In this document: one piece after another, positions 19,301 to 29,013 of the stretch
Layout: each line of letters starts with the position of its first letter
How positions within the stretch are numbered: the first letter of the stretch is position 1
IMG/VR virus record: IMGVR_UViG_3300032330_001838
Coordinates: 1-61,697 of that record
DNA from: a virus
Lineage: Duplodnaviria > Caudoviricetes
DNA length: 61,697 nucleotides
Strand: one strand, 5' to 3'
Notes under the pieces: generated by a model
What the model was told of the DNA's origin: nothing
The model's database searches: none
The model's input: only the letters and a program-made list of their open reading frames with translations
Position numbers and translations under genes: made by a program

Positions 19301-19714
19301 AACACCTCTTTCTCTAGCTACACCTGATCTTAATGTAAATTTACCTGTGCCTTTTTTTCTAGATCCAGATTTTATCTCAGTCTCATATAATGTACCTCCT
19401 TCTAAGATATATTTTCTAGCTAGATCACTACCATAATAAGTGTTATTTCCAATTGTAATACCAGCATTTCCTTTATTACCATCCTTATCAACACCTGGAT
19501 TGTAACAATCAACAAATGATGACATCCTTACCCAGGAATTTTTACCTGTTGTATATCTTAAAAAATCATCTGCTCTAGGTGAAGTACCGTAACTATATAC
19601 AGGATTTCCATTTTTATCTTTTTTACCTGTATCTGCAGCTTGTGATACAATATTTTTACGAGCTTCTAGCTGGTTTTGGACAAATCCTTTTATAGTATCT
19701 TTGAATATAGACAT
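16319..19714 (-). CDS. large baseplate hub-like structural protein (1131 aa)
   Basis: RPMPGITSI, GSLREAVVKF, LLEWGWS, NYDAMLG..NFSWS, LDGIAG and FIITGIAHSL..NDWIT segments; follows the LysM gene as in contractile-tail baseplate operons. Confidence 0.6.
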   Translation of the reverse strand: MSIFKDTIKGFVQNQLEARKNIVSQAADTGKKDKNGNPVYSYGTSPRADDFLRYTTGKNSWVRMSSFVDCYNPGVDKDGNKGNAGITIGNNTYYGSDLARKYILEGGTLYETEIKSGSRKKGTGKFTLRSGVARERGVYASNIDVGGTIAQGSYRPFGYRPMPGITSIEITNKSAYGSLREAVVKFYAWDKHQLEELELLYMRTGYTVLLEWGWSQYLKSGFINGNQYSPYSKLDDIRITNFDYPTLDIFSETNNAILNPPKDKTSDEVIYDYIENLQIKTCGNYDAMLGHIKNFSWSLMPNGGFECTTVLISRGEILTGLKLNSNAINFQSSFSTDSPPLSLFEQIFLNCAGAINSSEFKKSSEIVGQFASGSSITTDSVTSFSTDLNNRLSKTPNLITYNKSTPSIGLGSYLGVILQTDGYDGTGIEYISMSDLITILNLYFNIKDHNGKIISQIVIPKGTPCLASIDSVSVDPGTCIIKNSQATFITQASDGFNPKTLVAITLDENGVRSNLTTLSLPEFLLSDSTNLGNIGDIYVAIPKILEIYRGKGGSNTDIMLIPFLQELLSQVSKALGGINDFQLHTTKSTIQIIDVKYLEKKGNKKYEFDLIGLKSICRDVKITSRIFESQSTMIAIGAGARSNVGDVYSSTQNFFNKGLQDRIIPQKQILADNKTSFQQAQEAFNNIITLQNYLIVKCAGIETNSSIGPRIIYPTSQEVTNASALLKTLQYQINGKDTDFKAIIPFELEIVLDGIAGFVQGQVFTINKNILPQTYVNRNIGFIITGIAHSLQNNDWITTLKTQCCLLDNESIKREDVDKTQLQRDLTKILEVRKSNIILWSVVADYMTYVASSFFASKGSGASTVQKAAQSYIELNEESFLRDKNAIRRYKNGDRVDAVFPLFKTNGDTKSKILGPYDTAFKDFGLIWNFKNYYETIWLPKAKAKYPDITFSTDINATVLTEIDGKPVKIIEKYEDISGLFNIPFSIDTDGDGNFSAGQFRESTATADCFLFRDPNFITTMRSGWNKYFVPDPYRNYSFKINSLVEAGFMQEEKVMINNNEVVDYKFKIPFKSGTKNLDTTSLSKVFYTYLCIESVKTSTPNEGFLVTIPDQAKPIVSDLSSPGDKYFSIY

Positions 19715-19721
19715 AACACAA

Positions 19722-20021
19722 TTATGTATTTAAAATTTCAAGGTCTCTTAATATATTAGTATCAAATATAGGTATCCTTAATTGATATCCCAAAGGAGGA
19801 TATAAACTATCTTTAGGCATATCTGGGTTAGCAGCAGATAGAACCCACCAGTATGTTGGTTCTTGATAAAACTGATAAGCTAATGTGTCTAATCTATCAC
19901 CAAATTGAGTTATGATATAAAAATCATTTTCAGACAAAGGTATATTAGGATATCTTGTTGATGAAAGATATCTTCTTGAAGTTGATGTTTGTATAATACT
20001 ATTAAATTCGTATCGATTCAT
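19722..20021 (-). CDS. LysM-domain baseplate protein (P2 gpX / T4 gp53-like)
   Basis: GDRLDTLAYQFY...WWVLSAANP...PLGYQLRIP. Confidence 0.8.
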   Translation of the reverse strand: MNRYEFNSIIQTSTSRRYLSSTRYPNIPLSENDFYIITQFGDRLDTLAYQFYQEPTYWWVLSAANPDMPKDSLYPPLGYQLRIPIFDTNILRDLEILNT

Positions 20022-20058
20022 ACTAATATTTTATTTACATTAAAACTTATAATCAAAA

Positions 20059-22164
20059 TTAAGAACATTCAAATTCATTATTTAATATTTTAACAACTTC
20101 TACACCTCCTGTACCAATTCCTTTTGAAGTTACTTTAATTAGATCACTAGAATTATTAAAATCACTAGCGTTAAATCCATTTCCTCCTAAATCACCTGTT
20201 TGAGCAAATACATCTCTAAATGGATTATTTAAACCAGATTGATTTATTCTTGGAACATTATTTTGAGTTACAGAAGATGATCTTCCTCTAGCTTGCACAA
20301 CAGTACCTAAAGAAGGTTGAGGATTACTAGTGAATGTTCCGTTATTATTATTAGTTGTTGTTACTGTAGTTGATGTATTTGAAGCTCCTGAATTATCAGA
20401 TGTTCCATTTCCATTAGTATTACCAGAACTATTGGCTTGATTAACTGATGTTGGAGAGGTTTTTATAGGATAAGCTGTTAAATCTCTTCCAATAAATGGT
20501 ACAAAATCAGCTCCTCTAGCTTTATTAACTTTTCTTGGTAGGAATGTTTGAATTGGTTTGAATGATAATGAGATTTTTAACATTCTTGGCAATTCTAGAT
20601 CTCCAAAATTATTATCTCCTATACCTTTGAATCCTGTCTGCCATGATCCTTCAAAGAATCCACTCACTTTAACATCAGTATATATTCCTGGTTGTCTATA
20701 TATGTAATCACCTACAGTTAAATATCCAATATTGCCTCTCATTTTTAATTGAGAATTATAATCAGGGGTAAAAGTAGATAATAAATAATTTAATTTAGTA
20801 TATAATGGTATCATTTCTTCAGCGGTATGAGCATGCATTGTGAACGCTACACCTATATCTCTACTAAAACCATCATAAATATAAAAATCTTCTCCACGAC
20901 CCATATAACGATATGAAGTCCATTTAGCACTCATTCCATCATCAAAATTATCTAAATACGCTCTAAAAGCTAAAACATCTGTTTTAGGTACAACAGAAGT
21001 TCCTGATTTATAACCAGCTTCTTCATTATTTAAGAATTCAAGTCTAAATTTAATTAGATCTTCACCAAATGTACCATCTGTAGAACTTTTTAATTTATCA
21101 TCTATAGCACCTACTGAATTATTACTGTTTTTTCCTTCATTATCTTTATAAAAAACTTTACTATCAACTATATTAATAATATTTATAGAGTCTAAATTTC
21201 CTCCTCCTGTAACGCCATATTTATTTTCTAAAGTATATCCTGGTTTATCAACTTTAGAACCTCCTTTAGGCTTATTATAGAATGGAGAATTATTTATTAC
21301 TGTAGAGGATGGTATTTTATTTGTTTCGGGATTAGATTTAATAACTGGAACTTCTCCATACTTATTTATTGTTGAATTTGATAATGGTATAAACCCATTT
21401 AATAAGGATGATAATTTATCAGACACTACAGATATTGTTGTTCGAACATCATTTACTGTTCTAATACGAGTACGACCAATACCATATACTGATTCAGGAC
21501 CACCAAAGTAACTATCTAAAGTGACTGAATTTCCTTCTTTAAGCTTAGAATCAGATATAGCTGATAAATATCTAACTAGTCTATTACGTGAATCTTCAGA
21601 AGGAATATCATTATCTCCATCATCTGAGAAATTATTCTTAAAAGTTATACTTTCATATTTCTGGTTTTCTCTTATAATTCCTAGTAAACCTGCTCTATCA
21701 AAATGAAAACCAAAAGCATTACCTCCTACAGATAATAATGTCCCTACTCCAGTGAATTGTCTAGTAGGACCTCCTAAAAAAGGAGGTGTTGCGTTACTTC
21801 TATCCCATTCTAATCTAGGATTGGTAAGTTGCAAACCAGCTTGTTTAGTTAAAAATAAAATACCTTTAGCAGCAGATTCAAATGTTGTTTTACTAAGATC
21901 AGTTGTTCCTCTAATATTGTCTATTCCGGTAATGAATTTACCTATACGAATAAGATCTTTAGCTGTAGCTATACCCGCGTTTACAAGACCTCCTCTAATA
22001 GATCCTTCATCAAAATCCACAAATCGTTCATTAGGAATTTCTGGTTTTTGAGTACCAGTAACATTGGGATTATTTGGTGTACCGGAAAATACATTATTAT
22101 TCGTGATATTGTTATAATATACGGCTAATTGTGAATCATCAGTATTTAATGTTAAAAAAGGCAT
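20059..22164 (-). CDS. baseplate / tail-tube initiator-like protein
   Basis: FRAYLDNFDD...W..YRYMGRGE..YIY.GFSR and LTVGDY..RQPG tube-initiator-like segment; Asn/Thr-rich C-terminal tail; position after tape measure. Confidence 0.55.
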   Translation of the reverse strand: MPFLTLNTDDSQLAVYYNNITNNNVFSGTPNNPNVTGTQKPEIPNERFVDFDEGSIRGGLVNAGIATAKDLIRIGKFITGIDNIRGTTDLSKTTFESAAKGILFLTKQAGLQLTNPRLEWDRSNATPPFLGGPTRQFTGVGTLLSVGGNAFGFHFDRAGLLGIIRENQKYESITFKNNFSDDGDNDIPSEDSRNRLVRYLSAISDSKLKEGNSVTLDSYFGGPESVYGIGRTRIRTVNDVRTTISVVSDKLSSLLNGFIPLSNSTINKYGEVPVIKSNPETNKIPSSTVINNSPFYNKPKGGSKVDKPGYTLENKYGVTGGGNLDSINIINIVDSKVFYKDNEGKNSNNSVGAIDDKLKSSTDGTFGEDLIKFRLEFLNNEEAGYKSGTSVVPKTDVLAFRAYLDNFDDGMSAKWTSYRYMGRGEDFYIYDGFSRDIGVAFTMHAHTAEEMIPLYTKLNYLLSTFTPDYNSQLKMRGNIGYLTVGDYIYRQPGIYTDVKVSGFFEGSWQTGFKGIGDNNFGDLELPRMLKISLSFKPIQTFLPRKVNKARGADFVPFIGRDLTAYPIKTSPTSVNQANSSGNTNGNGTSDNSGASNTSTTVTTTNNNNGTFTSNPQPSLGTVVQARGRSSSVTQNNVPRINQSGLNNPFRDVFAQTGDLGGNGFNASDFNNSSDLIKVTSKGIGTGGVEVVKILNNEFECS

Positions 22165-22183
22165 TTATTTATATTAGCAAATT

Positions 22184-22492
22184 TTAATATCTTCCTTTAA
22201 TAGGACCTTTATTTTTATAACTTCCGCCTCTAATAGATGCAAACTCAGGACGAAAAACATACTTATCATAAACAGAAACTGGTGGTTGTGATGGTGTAGC
22301 GAATGCTGACATTTGTGATCCGTATCTTCTTCCTGTTAATAAATCTTCAGAAGTTAATCTTCCATCCTCTCCATATCCTGCGTGTATAATAGATGATACT
22401 CTGTCTGCTTCATTTTCAAAATTAGGACCAGGAATATCTTTAATGTTAGGGATACATAAACCACTATCATCTAATTGATCAATAATTGGCAT
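22184..22492 (-). CDS. hypothetical tail-region protein, paralog of 22514..22840
   Basis: Shares IIDQL, LCIP.I.D..GP.FE, IHA, DL..GR, PS.PPVS and GP..GRY with its neighbour. Confidence 0.7.
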   Translation of the reverse strand: MPIIDQLDDSGLCIPNIKDIPGPNFENEADRVSSIIHAGYGEDGRLTSEDLLTGRRYGSQMSAFATPSQPPVSVYDKYVFRPEFASIRGGSYKNKGPIKGRY

Positions 22493-22513
22493 AATTTTTT
22501 TATTTAATGAATA

Positions 22514-22840
22514 TTAATATCTTCCGTCTCCAGGTCCACTTTCGCTATAAGTTGTACTTCCTCCATAAGCTGGATAAAAAGGTAAACCAGCGTTTTCTTC
22601 ACCAAGAGATACTGGAGGTCTTGATGGGGGAGCATAGAATGAACCTCCCAAACCTCTTCCTCCATATCTTCCATCAAATAAATCTTGTGAATCTTCTAAT
22701 GATCCTCCATCAACTAAAGCATGAATATCAGACTCAGTAAAGTCATCCATAGTCTCAAATGTTGGACCAGTACCATCTTGAATATCAGGAATACATAATT
22801 GGCTACGTCGGTCGCCACTTAATTGATCAATAATTGCCAT
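22514..22840 (-). CDS. hypothetical tail-region protein, paralog of 22184..22492
   Basis: Same shared motifs as its neighbour; ATATTTAT motif at 22873-22880. Confidence 0.7.
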   Translation of the reverse strand: MAIIDQLSGDRRSQLCIPDIQDGTGPTFETMDDFTESDIHALVDGGSLEDSQDLFDGRYGGRGLGGSFYAPPSRPPVSLGEENAGLPFYPAYGGSTTYSESGPGDGRY

Positions 22841-22881
22841 AATTATTAAATTTTAATTGTTAATTGTTTGATATAAATATA

Positions 22882-25611
22882 TTAAGCAAATGAACTTGGC
22901 GCACCATATTGTGATTGAGCAGTACTAAGTTTCATAATGGTATCTGTGTTGGCGTTAACTGTTACTGGTCTAGATGCTAATGCTGTTATACTTTTACTTA
23001 AAGCTTCTAATTTACTATCTGTTCCTCCTGATAAATTTATTGAATCTGTAGGACCAGAGTAAACATCATTTCCTCTAAATAGATTAGTACCCGCTATCAC
23101 AGTGTCATTATTATTTAGAGCATATGTTCCTTTAGGTGTTATTAATGTTCTATCACCATATCCACCTCCAGTTTGAGCAAAGTCATTTACTTTTGATGAT
23201 TTTTTAGACATAGCTGACATAATAGCAGCTGTTATAATACCTCCAATAACTAATCCAGCTAAACCACCGGTAGCTAAAGCTGCTGGTCCACTCATTGACG
23301 CGGCCCAACCTTTAGCTATAGCTCCAACTCCAGAAGCGGCTGCTTCTTCTGAAGCTGCAACAGCACCAACAGCTTGAGCAGATGCTGCTACTCCTGACTC
23401 TGCCGCTATTACTCCTTGAGCTATAGCTCCTTCAGTCATAGCAGCAGCAGCAGTAACTGACTCAGCAGCTATCGTTCCTTGAGCTAAGGCTGAAACACCT
23501 GACTCAGCAGCTTGTGTGCCCATAGCAACTGCTCCCTCAGTCATAGCGGTTGATGCTACTATAGATTCAGCTGATACTGTTCCTTGAGAAGTAGCTGTAG
23601 CTGCTGTGGATAAAGCTATACCATCTTGAATTACTTTAGTTCCAAATAATATTTCTCTAATAGCAGTTATAGATTTAAGTAAAGATCCAAAACCTATAAT
23701 TAATTTAGCTACACCTCCCGCTACTAAAGCACTAATAATAACACTAATACCAGTAGTTGAATTTAACATATCAGCTAATTTACCTACCATTTGACCTAAA
23801 GGTCCACTAACTATCTCAGCTATTCTCATTTTTACATTTTCAAAAGCTTTTTCCATTTTTTCAGCACTAGCTTGTTGTTGTAAACTCATAACTAACGAGT
23901 CAGACTCACTTAAACCTCTTTCACGAGCTATTTTAAGTTGTTCTTCAGCTGATTTACCAGATACATCTCCTAATTTAGTATATACTTCTTGTTGTTGAAG
24001 CATATCAGCTAGATCAGCTCTAGACATACCAAAAGCCTTAGCTGTTGCTTCTTGTTGGAGTCTATTCATTTTATTAAATTCATGTATATCACCTAATTGA
24101 GATGCTATTTCATTCATGAATCCAACTTGATCATTATTTAGAGCCGCCTCTCTAGCTTTTTCTAAATTGATTGATTTACCTGTTAATAATTCAGCCTCAA
24201 GTTCATTTTGAATTGAAGACTCAAAATCAAGAAGAGATTGAGCTGCTGAATCCATTTTATCTAAATTAGCACCTAAAGATTTTGCCTGAACAACTGCTTT
24301 AGCTAATGCTTCTGGATTTTGTTTAAAATTAGATGTTATAGCGGCACTTAATTTACCTATTTCTTTAAACACTGATTTAGCGTCAACTTGTACTTTAAAT
24401 TGTTTTTGAGCAGATATAACACCTTGAGCTATAGATTTATTGGCTTCTCCTACAGTTTGATTATTTAATAAACCAAATTTATATATTTGAGAAGCTTCTT
24501 CAGTAGACAAACCCATCTGTTCAGTCATCTTAGTCAGTTCATGATAAACCTCTCCTCCTAAATTGACTTGTAAACCTAAAGCATCATTAACAGCCATTAT
24601 AGTCTTAGCATAATCCTTACTAGTATAAACAACATCTCCCATAGCTAAACCAACACCTTTAACCTCTTCAACCATATGGTGAGCATTCTCAGAACTAGTT
24701 CCAACAGATCTACCTACTTCAGCTACTTCTTTATTTACATCTAAAAAATTATGATATATATTTTTTATATCATCTCCTAATGAATCAAATGCTTTTTTAG
24801 CTATAGATCCATATACTGCTACTCTAGTGGCTGGATCTTGTAATGCTTTTTTAAGACCTTCAAATAATGATTTAGTCGCCTTTTTAAATGCAGAGTCTAA
24901 ATCTCCTGTTCTGCGATATTCCTCTTCTAATTCTTCATTAGCTTTTTCTAAATTTAAAACTTGAGTAAAAGCACTTAACCCAAGTTTATCCATCAAACCA
25001 ATTCCTCCCTTCAATACAGCACCACGAACATTAAGTTCTTTAGTTATATTTTTTTCTTTATTAAGAGCGTCCTCTATTCGTTTACCTAACTCAGTCTCTA
25101 TATCTAATCGTTCTACTGAAAGTTGATATTCTGATAATAAATCATCTCCTATTTTACCAACAGCTTCTCCTTGTTTTATTTTTTCTCTAAGTTCTTTAAC
25201 AGAATTTTCTAAAATACTTTTATTTTTGGTATATTTTTTTTGCAGATTATCTAATTCCTTAGTATCCAATCTATTAATGTCTTCCTGATGTCGAGCTATG
25301 TCTTCAGCTATATTATTTAATTGTTTGAACGCGGCAACACCTTTATTAGCTTCTTGATTAGTCTTTTTAAAATCTGATAATATGTTATTAAATGTACTGG
25401 CTAAATCTCGAGTTGAAAATGACATTCTATCAAAATAGTCATCAGCAACACGAGTAGCTTCAGCTAATGCTTTAGTATCATTTTTAAGTATTTCATTAGT
25501 TTTAGCTATAGTAGCTGTAGAAAGTCCTATAGCCCTATAGTATTTATCCACTAAAGCTAACTGATCCGCTAATTGTTTAGCTTGTTCTGGTGTTAATTGG
25601 TTATCTGCCAT
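22882..25611 (-). CDS. tail tape measure protein
   Basis: 909 aa helical, Ala/Leu/Lys-rich; SLLDFESSI..ELEAELLTGK.INLEKAR segment; C-terminal hydrophobic Ala/Gly stretch; follows the hub chaperones. Confidence 0.85.
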   Translation of the reverse strand: MADNQLTPEQAKQLADQLALVDKYYRAIGLSTATIAKTNEILKNDTKALAEATRVADDYFDRMSFSTRDLASTFNNILSDFKKTNQEANKGVAAFKQLNNIAEDIARHQEDINRLDTKELDNLQKKYTKNKSILENSVKELREKIKQGEAVGKIGDDLLSEYQLSVERLDIETELGKRIEDALNKEKNITKELNVRGAVLKGGIGLMDKLGLSAFTQVLNLEKANEELEEEYRRTGDLDSAFKKATKSLFEGLKKALQDPATRVAVYGSIAKKAFDSLGDDIKNIYHNFLDVNKEVAEVGRSVGTSSENAHHMVEEVKGVGLAMGDVVYTSKDYAKTIMAVNDALGLQVNLGGEVYHELTKMTEQMGLSTEEASQIYKFGLLNNQTVGEANKSIAQGVISAQKQFKVQVDAKSVFKEIGKLSAAITSNFKQNPEALAKAVVQAKSLGANLDKMDSAAQSLLDFESSIQNELEAELLTGKSINLEKAREAALNNDQVGFMNEIASQLGDIHEFNKMNRLQQEATAKAFGMSRADLADMLQQQEVYTKLGDVSGKSAEEQLKIARERGLSESDSLVMSLQQQASAEKMEKAFENVKMRIAEIVSGPLGQMVGKLADMLNSTTGISVIISALVAGGVAKLIIGFGSLLKSITAIREILFGTKVIQDGIALSTAATATSQGTVSAESIVASTAMTEGAVAMGTQAAESGVSALAQGTIAAESVTAAAAMTEGAIAQGVIAAESGVAASAQAVGAVAASEEAAASGVGAIAKGWAASMSGPAALATGGLAGLVIGGIITAAIMSAMSKKSSKVNDFAQTGGGYGDRTLITPKGTYALNNNDTVIAGTNLFRGNDVYSGPTDSINLSGGTDSKLEALSKSITALASRPVTVNANTDTIMKLSTAQSQYGAPSSFA

Positions 25612-25640
25612 ATATAAAAATTTGCCTAGTATAAATATGA

Positions 25641-25663
25641 AGGTGCCTTATTTCTAGGCACCT
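25641..25663 (-). terminator. hairpin spanning the chaperone stop codon
   Basis: AGGTGCCT-7nt-AGGCACCT perfect stem, weak U-tract. Confidence 0.45.
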
Positions 25664-25893
25664 TTAATTTTAGTTGTAAAATCAGCTTGAGGTATATTTG
25701 GGCGACTCACTTGAGGTTTTTGTGATGTTGTATTAGATCCTTTTTTAGCTTTTTCCATTTCCTCATTTTGTCTTTCAATATGATCATTTATTTTTCTAAT
25801 ATGGAACTTTCTATAAGTTATAGGCATATTATAAACATCACTGTATGTGAATCCACCTTGTCCATGATATACCAAATCATGAACTTCAGTCAT
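25654..25893 (-). CDS. small tail/baseplate assembly chaperone (T4 gp51-like position); may be expressed by frameshift from the upstream gene
   Basis: MTEVHDLVYHGQGGFTYSDVYNMPITYRKFHI; the reading frame stays open upstream into the gp26-like gene. Confidence 0.65.
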   Translation of the reverse strand: MTEVHDLVYHGQGGFTYSDVYNMPITYRKFHIRKINDHIERQNEEMEKAKKGSNTTSQKPQVSRPNIPQADFTTKIKGA

Positions 25894-25903
25894 AATAATT
25901 GGT

Positions 25904-26662
25904 TTATGACTTGGAGTCAGGCCAAAGAAAGTTGATACCAATAGGTAAATTGACGCCCTCCACCACATCACCTACAGAGTTAGTATAATTAAATTTTAAA
26001 TTTATATCTGGTTCAATTTGTCTATAGTGATCTCTTAAAAATCTAGAGTCTCTAACTAACATATTATCAGAAAAATTTCTAATATCTTCTTGCTCTCTAC
26101 TTCCATTAACGGATGTTATCATATGCTTAAGACGAGTAGTAACATCGTATGAACCATTTGGATTAATTCTTTTCAATCCTTCAATCTCTTTATCAATTTT
26201 TTTCTCATCACCATGTGTTAATAACTTAAAAGTAACAAGTATACCAGTTGGAAGAGTTAAATCAAATTCATTTTTACCTGCTTTAATAGACTCATGAAGA
26301 GGTTTAGGATCAAGCAGTGATAGATCAACTGTGATGTTTTGCTTGATATTAGTTTGAGGATCAGTAAATTCAAAATCATAATTTTTACCGTATCCTAATA
26401 TACGAGCAGCCACAAGTAAAGCATTTTTATCACCAATTAATAAATCACTGTAATTAATAGGAGTGACAATAAGGGATTGTAATAATTTATCAATCACAAT
26501 ACCTTGTTTTAAAAAATTCACATTGGTTAATATGTCTTCTTCTTTAGCTGACATATATTTCATTTCAATGACTCCTTTTGATAAAGGCGAATCTGGGGAA
26601 TAGGGTAAACCTTTAGAAGGTAACTCAATTTGTTCAGTTGGAAACTTTAATTTTTCATCCAT
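25904..26662 (-). CDS. baseplate hub assembly protein (T4 gp26-like)
   Basis: IELPSKG..Y, MKYMSAKEEDIL, LLIGDKNALLVAARILGYG; lies between tube and tape measure. Confidence 0.8.
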   Translation of the reverse strand: MDEKLKFPTEQIELPSKGLPYSPDSPLSKGVIEMKYMSAKEEDILTNVNFLKQGIVIDKLLQSLIVTPINYSDLLIGDKNALLVAARILGYGKNYDFEFTDPQTNIKQNITVDLSLLDPKPLHESIKAGKNEFDLTLPTGILVTFKLLTHGDEKKIDKEIEGLKRINPNGSYDVTTRLKHMITSVNGSREQEDIRNFSDNMLVRDSRFLRDHYRQIEPDINLKFNYTNSVGDVVEGVNLPIGINFLWPDSKS

Positions 26663-26705
26663 AACGTTATATTATTTTGTTTTATATATATAAATATACG
26701 AAGAT

Positions 26706-26737
26706 AAAAGAAACCATCCAAATGGACGGTTCCTTTT
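26706..26737 (-). terminator. intrinsic terminator after tail tube gene
   Basis: Coding strand AAAAGGAACCGTCCA-TT-TGGATGGTTTCTTTT hairpin with G-U pairs. Confidence 0.6.
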
Positions 26738-26756
26738 TATTAGTATATTTTCTTGA

Positions 26757-27242
26757 TTAGTAGTTCAAGATGCAATAATCCATAGTTAATGTTACACTAA
26801 TTGATACATAAGCTTCATTAGCCCAATCATATTCACCAAAGTTAGCTTCTTTAACGTAAGCGCCTTTGATAATCCATTCACCTACAACATCACCAACTGG
26901 TCCTAAAGTTTGTAATCTAACATCTTTTTTATAGAAATCAGAATAACCATCTCTACCTGTTACTGATTCATGGGCTAAACGAGCCCACTCCATTACTGCT
27001 TGAGCACCACTTGGAGTTACAGGATCGTATAATTCTAAACTCATATCATTCCATTTTACTTTACCTTTTACTTTACGGTAAACATTGATATGATCTAATA
27101 TAATTTCACCAGCTGAGAATGAAGGTGAAGCTGCTTTTTTAACTAAGTAAGTTGGTACACCATCAATTATCATTAAAAAGCGATTTTGAACTTTAGGTTC
27201 AAATGCGGTGAACATTATTTCTGAAGGATCTAATACTGCCAT
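26757..27242 (-). CDS. gp19: tail tube protein (T4 gp19-like)
   Basis: FEPKVQNRF, W..MSL.LYDP, VMEW, YKKD, W.IKGA motifs; directly after the sheath gene. Confidence 0.9.
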   Translation of the reverse strand: MAVLDPSEIMFTAFEPKVQNRFLMIIDGVPTYLVKKAASPSFSAGEIILDHINVYRKVKGKVKWNDMSLELYDPVTPSGAQAVMEWARLAHESVTGRDGYSDFYKKDVRLQTLGPVGDVVGEWIIKGAYVKEANFGEYDWANEAYVSISVTLTMDYCILNY

Positions 27243-27291
27243 GTTATTATTTGTTTAATATAAATATTAATAATTATTTTCTTTTAACCAA

Positions 27292-29013
27292 TTATTGACC
27301 AAATGTAGCACCAGTTGGTAAGATATTGAAATCTAATAAGATAAATTCAGCTGTACGAGTTGGTTGTAAAAATATTTGACCAACTAACTGATTTCTATCA
27401 ATCACATCTGGTGTGTTATTTGATTCATCCATTACAACTCTGAAAGCATATAATCCTTGTCTTTGTTGTACCGATTCTAAATATGGATTAACTCGTGCTA
27501 AGAAACTATTACGTGTTATCGCTGTATTTTGTTCAAATACTAAATTTTTAGCTACACCACCAATATAACGTTTTAAGTTAATTAACAAACGACGAACATT
27601 GATACGATCTAAAGCACTAGCTTTTTTCTGTAATGTTTTCTGACCAAAAGCAGCTATACCAATATTAGGGAAAGTAGCTATTGGATTAACTTTACCAGCA
27701 TATAAATTATCACGATCTGTTGGAGATAATTTTCTTTCAGCTTGTAAAACATTACCTAATCCACCTCTATTTAAACCAGCTGGAGCGAACCATTCTGCGC
27801 TTACATTATCATTGAAAGCATAAACACCAGGCATCATTGTTGAAGCAGGTACCCAAACTAATTTACCAGTTTCTTGAGATACTACTTGAACCCAAGGCCA
27901 ATAAGCACCAGCATAGTTAGTATCAAGTCCAGCTGCTTGATTAGTAGCTGTTTTAAGAGTACTATTATAAGGTACTAGATCAGCTATATAGAAACAATCA
28001 CCTCTTTCTTCAGCTAAAGATATAAAATTTCCAACAGCTGAACTATGTAATGATTTAACTAATCCTGGAGTAGATAATAAGATAAAATCAAATTCATCTT
28101 TATTACTTAATAGGCTAGAGGCTGTAGAATAAGTATTAGCTGATAAACCTTGAGTTGTTGTACTAATATTATTAAATAAATTTGTTACTGTAACTGTATC
28201 ATTACCACTAGCTGCACCAAAAGCTCCAGCGGCTGAGCCACTACCATTTACTGGTATTGAAGCTGTATATTCATTTCTAGGTGTTCCTGAATTATCGAAA
28301 TAATTTGGAGTTGTATAGTTAACTGTTTTTACACGAACATATCTACTATTGTTTGGATAATCACCAATTGTTTGAATATAATAAGCACCATCAGCATCTT
28401 TATTCACTGTTTTTGTTTGGTTACCAACAACAGCTTCTAAATAATTTGGTTGATTTGGATCTAAAGATACATTTGTATATGTTTCTAAATATGTTTTAGT
28501 ACTTTCATTATCATCACCGCGACGAATGAATAAAGTAAAAGTACCACTACTTGTATCAGAATTAGCTATCTCCCATCTAACATTCATATCAGATCCACTA
28601 ACTAAAGAATTATCAGATAAGATAGTTCCAGCGTTATTCATTAAAATACCTGTATTTAATGTTTCTAATACAAATATATTTACTGAGGCGCTATTTGGTA
28701 TAGTACTAGATGTAGCGGGAGTGTAAGTTGTACTGGTTACTCTATTAATTAGAATAGTAGAACCACCTTGTTGGAAATAGTTTCTAGCAGCTATTGATGT
28801 TAAAAATTCAAAATTACCACCTCCACTAGTGAACATACCTCCAAATTTATTTTTGAAGTCACTATATGAGGTTACTAATGTAGGAATATTAACAGGACCA
28901 GTTACTGTAGGTCCAACTAGTGCTAAACCAGCTACTACTGTTCCTTGTGTTATTTGAGATTGATCGTTTTCTCTTGTTAAGACGCCGGGTGAAATTAATG
29001 TTTCTTGAGCCAT
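27292..29013 (-). CDS. gp18: tail sheath protein (T4 gp18-like)
   Basis: SPGV..RE.D, YWPWV, WFAPAGLNRG, GQKTLQ, RINVRRLL and PTRTAEFI motifs. Confidence 0.95.
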   Translation of the reverse strand: MAQETLISPGVLTRENDQSQITQGTVVAGLALVGPTVTGPVNIPTLVTSYSDFKNKFGGMFTSGGGNFEFLTSIAARNYFQQGGSTILINRVTSTTYTPATSSTIPNSASVNIFVLETLNTGILMNNAGTILSDNSLVSGSDMNVRWEIANSDTSSGTFTLFIRRGDDNESTKTYLETYTNVSLDPNQPNYLEAVVGNQTKTVNKDADGAYYIQTIGDYPNNSRYVRVKTVNYTTPNYFDNSGTPRNEYTASIPVNGSGSAAGAFGAASGNDTVTVTNLFNNISTTTQGLSANTYSTASSLLSNKDEFDFILLSTPGLVKSLHSSAVGNFISLAEERGDCFYIADLVPYNSTLKTATNQAAGLDTNYAGAYWPWVQVVSQETGKLVWVPASTMMPGVYAFNDNVSAEWFAPAGLNRGGLGNVLQAERKLSPTDRDNLYAGKVNPIATFPNIGIAAFGQKTLQKKASALDRINVRRLLINLKRYIGGVAKNLVFEQNTAITRNSFLARVNPYLESVQQRQGLYAFRVVMDESNNTPDVIDRNQLVGQIFLQPTRTAEFILLDFNILPTGATFGQ

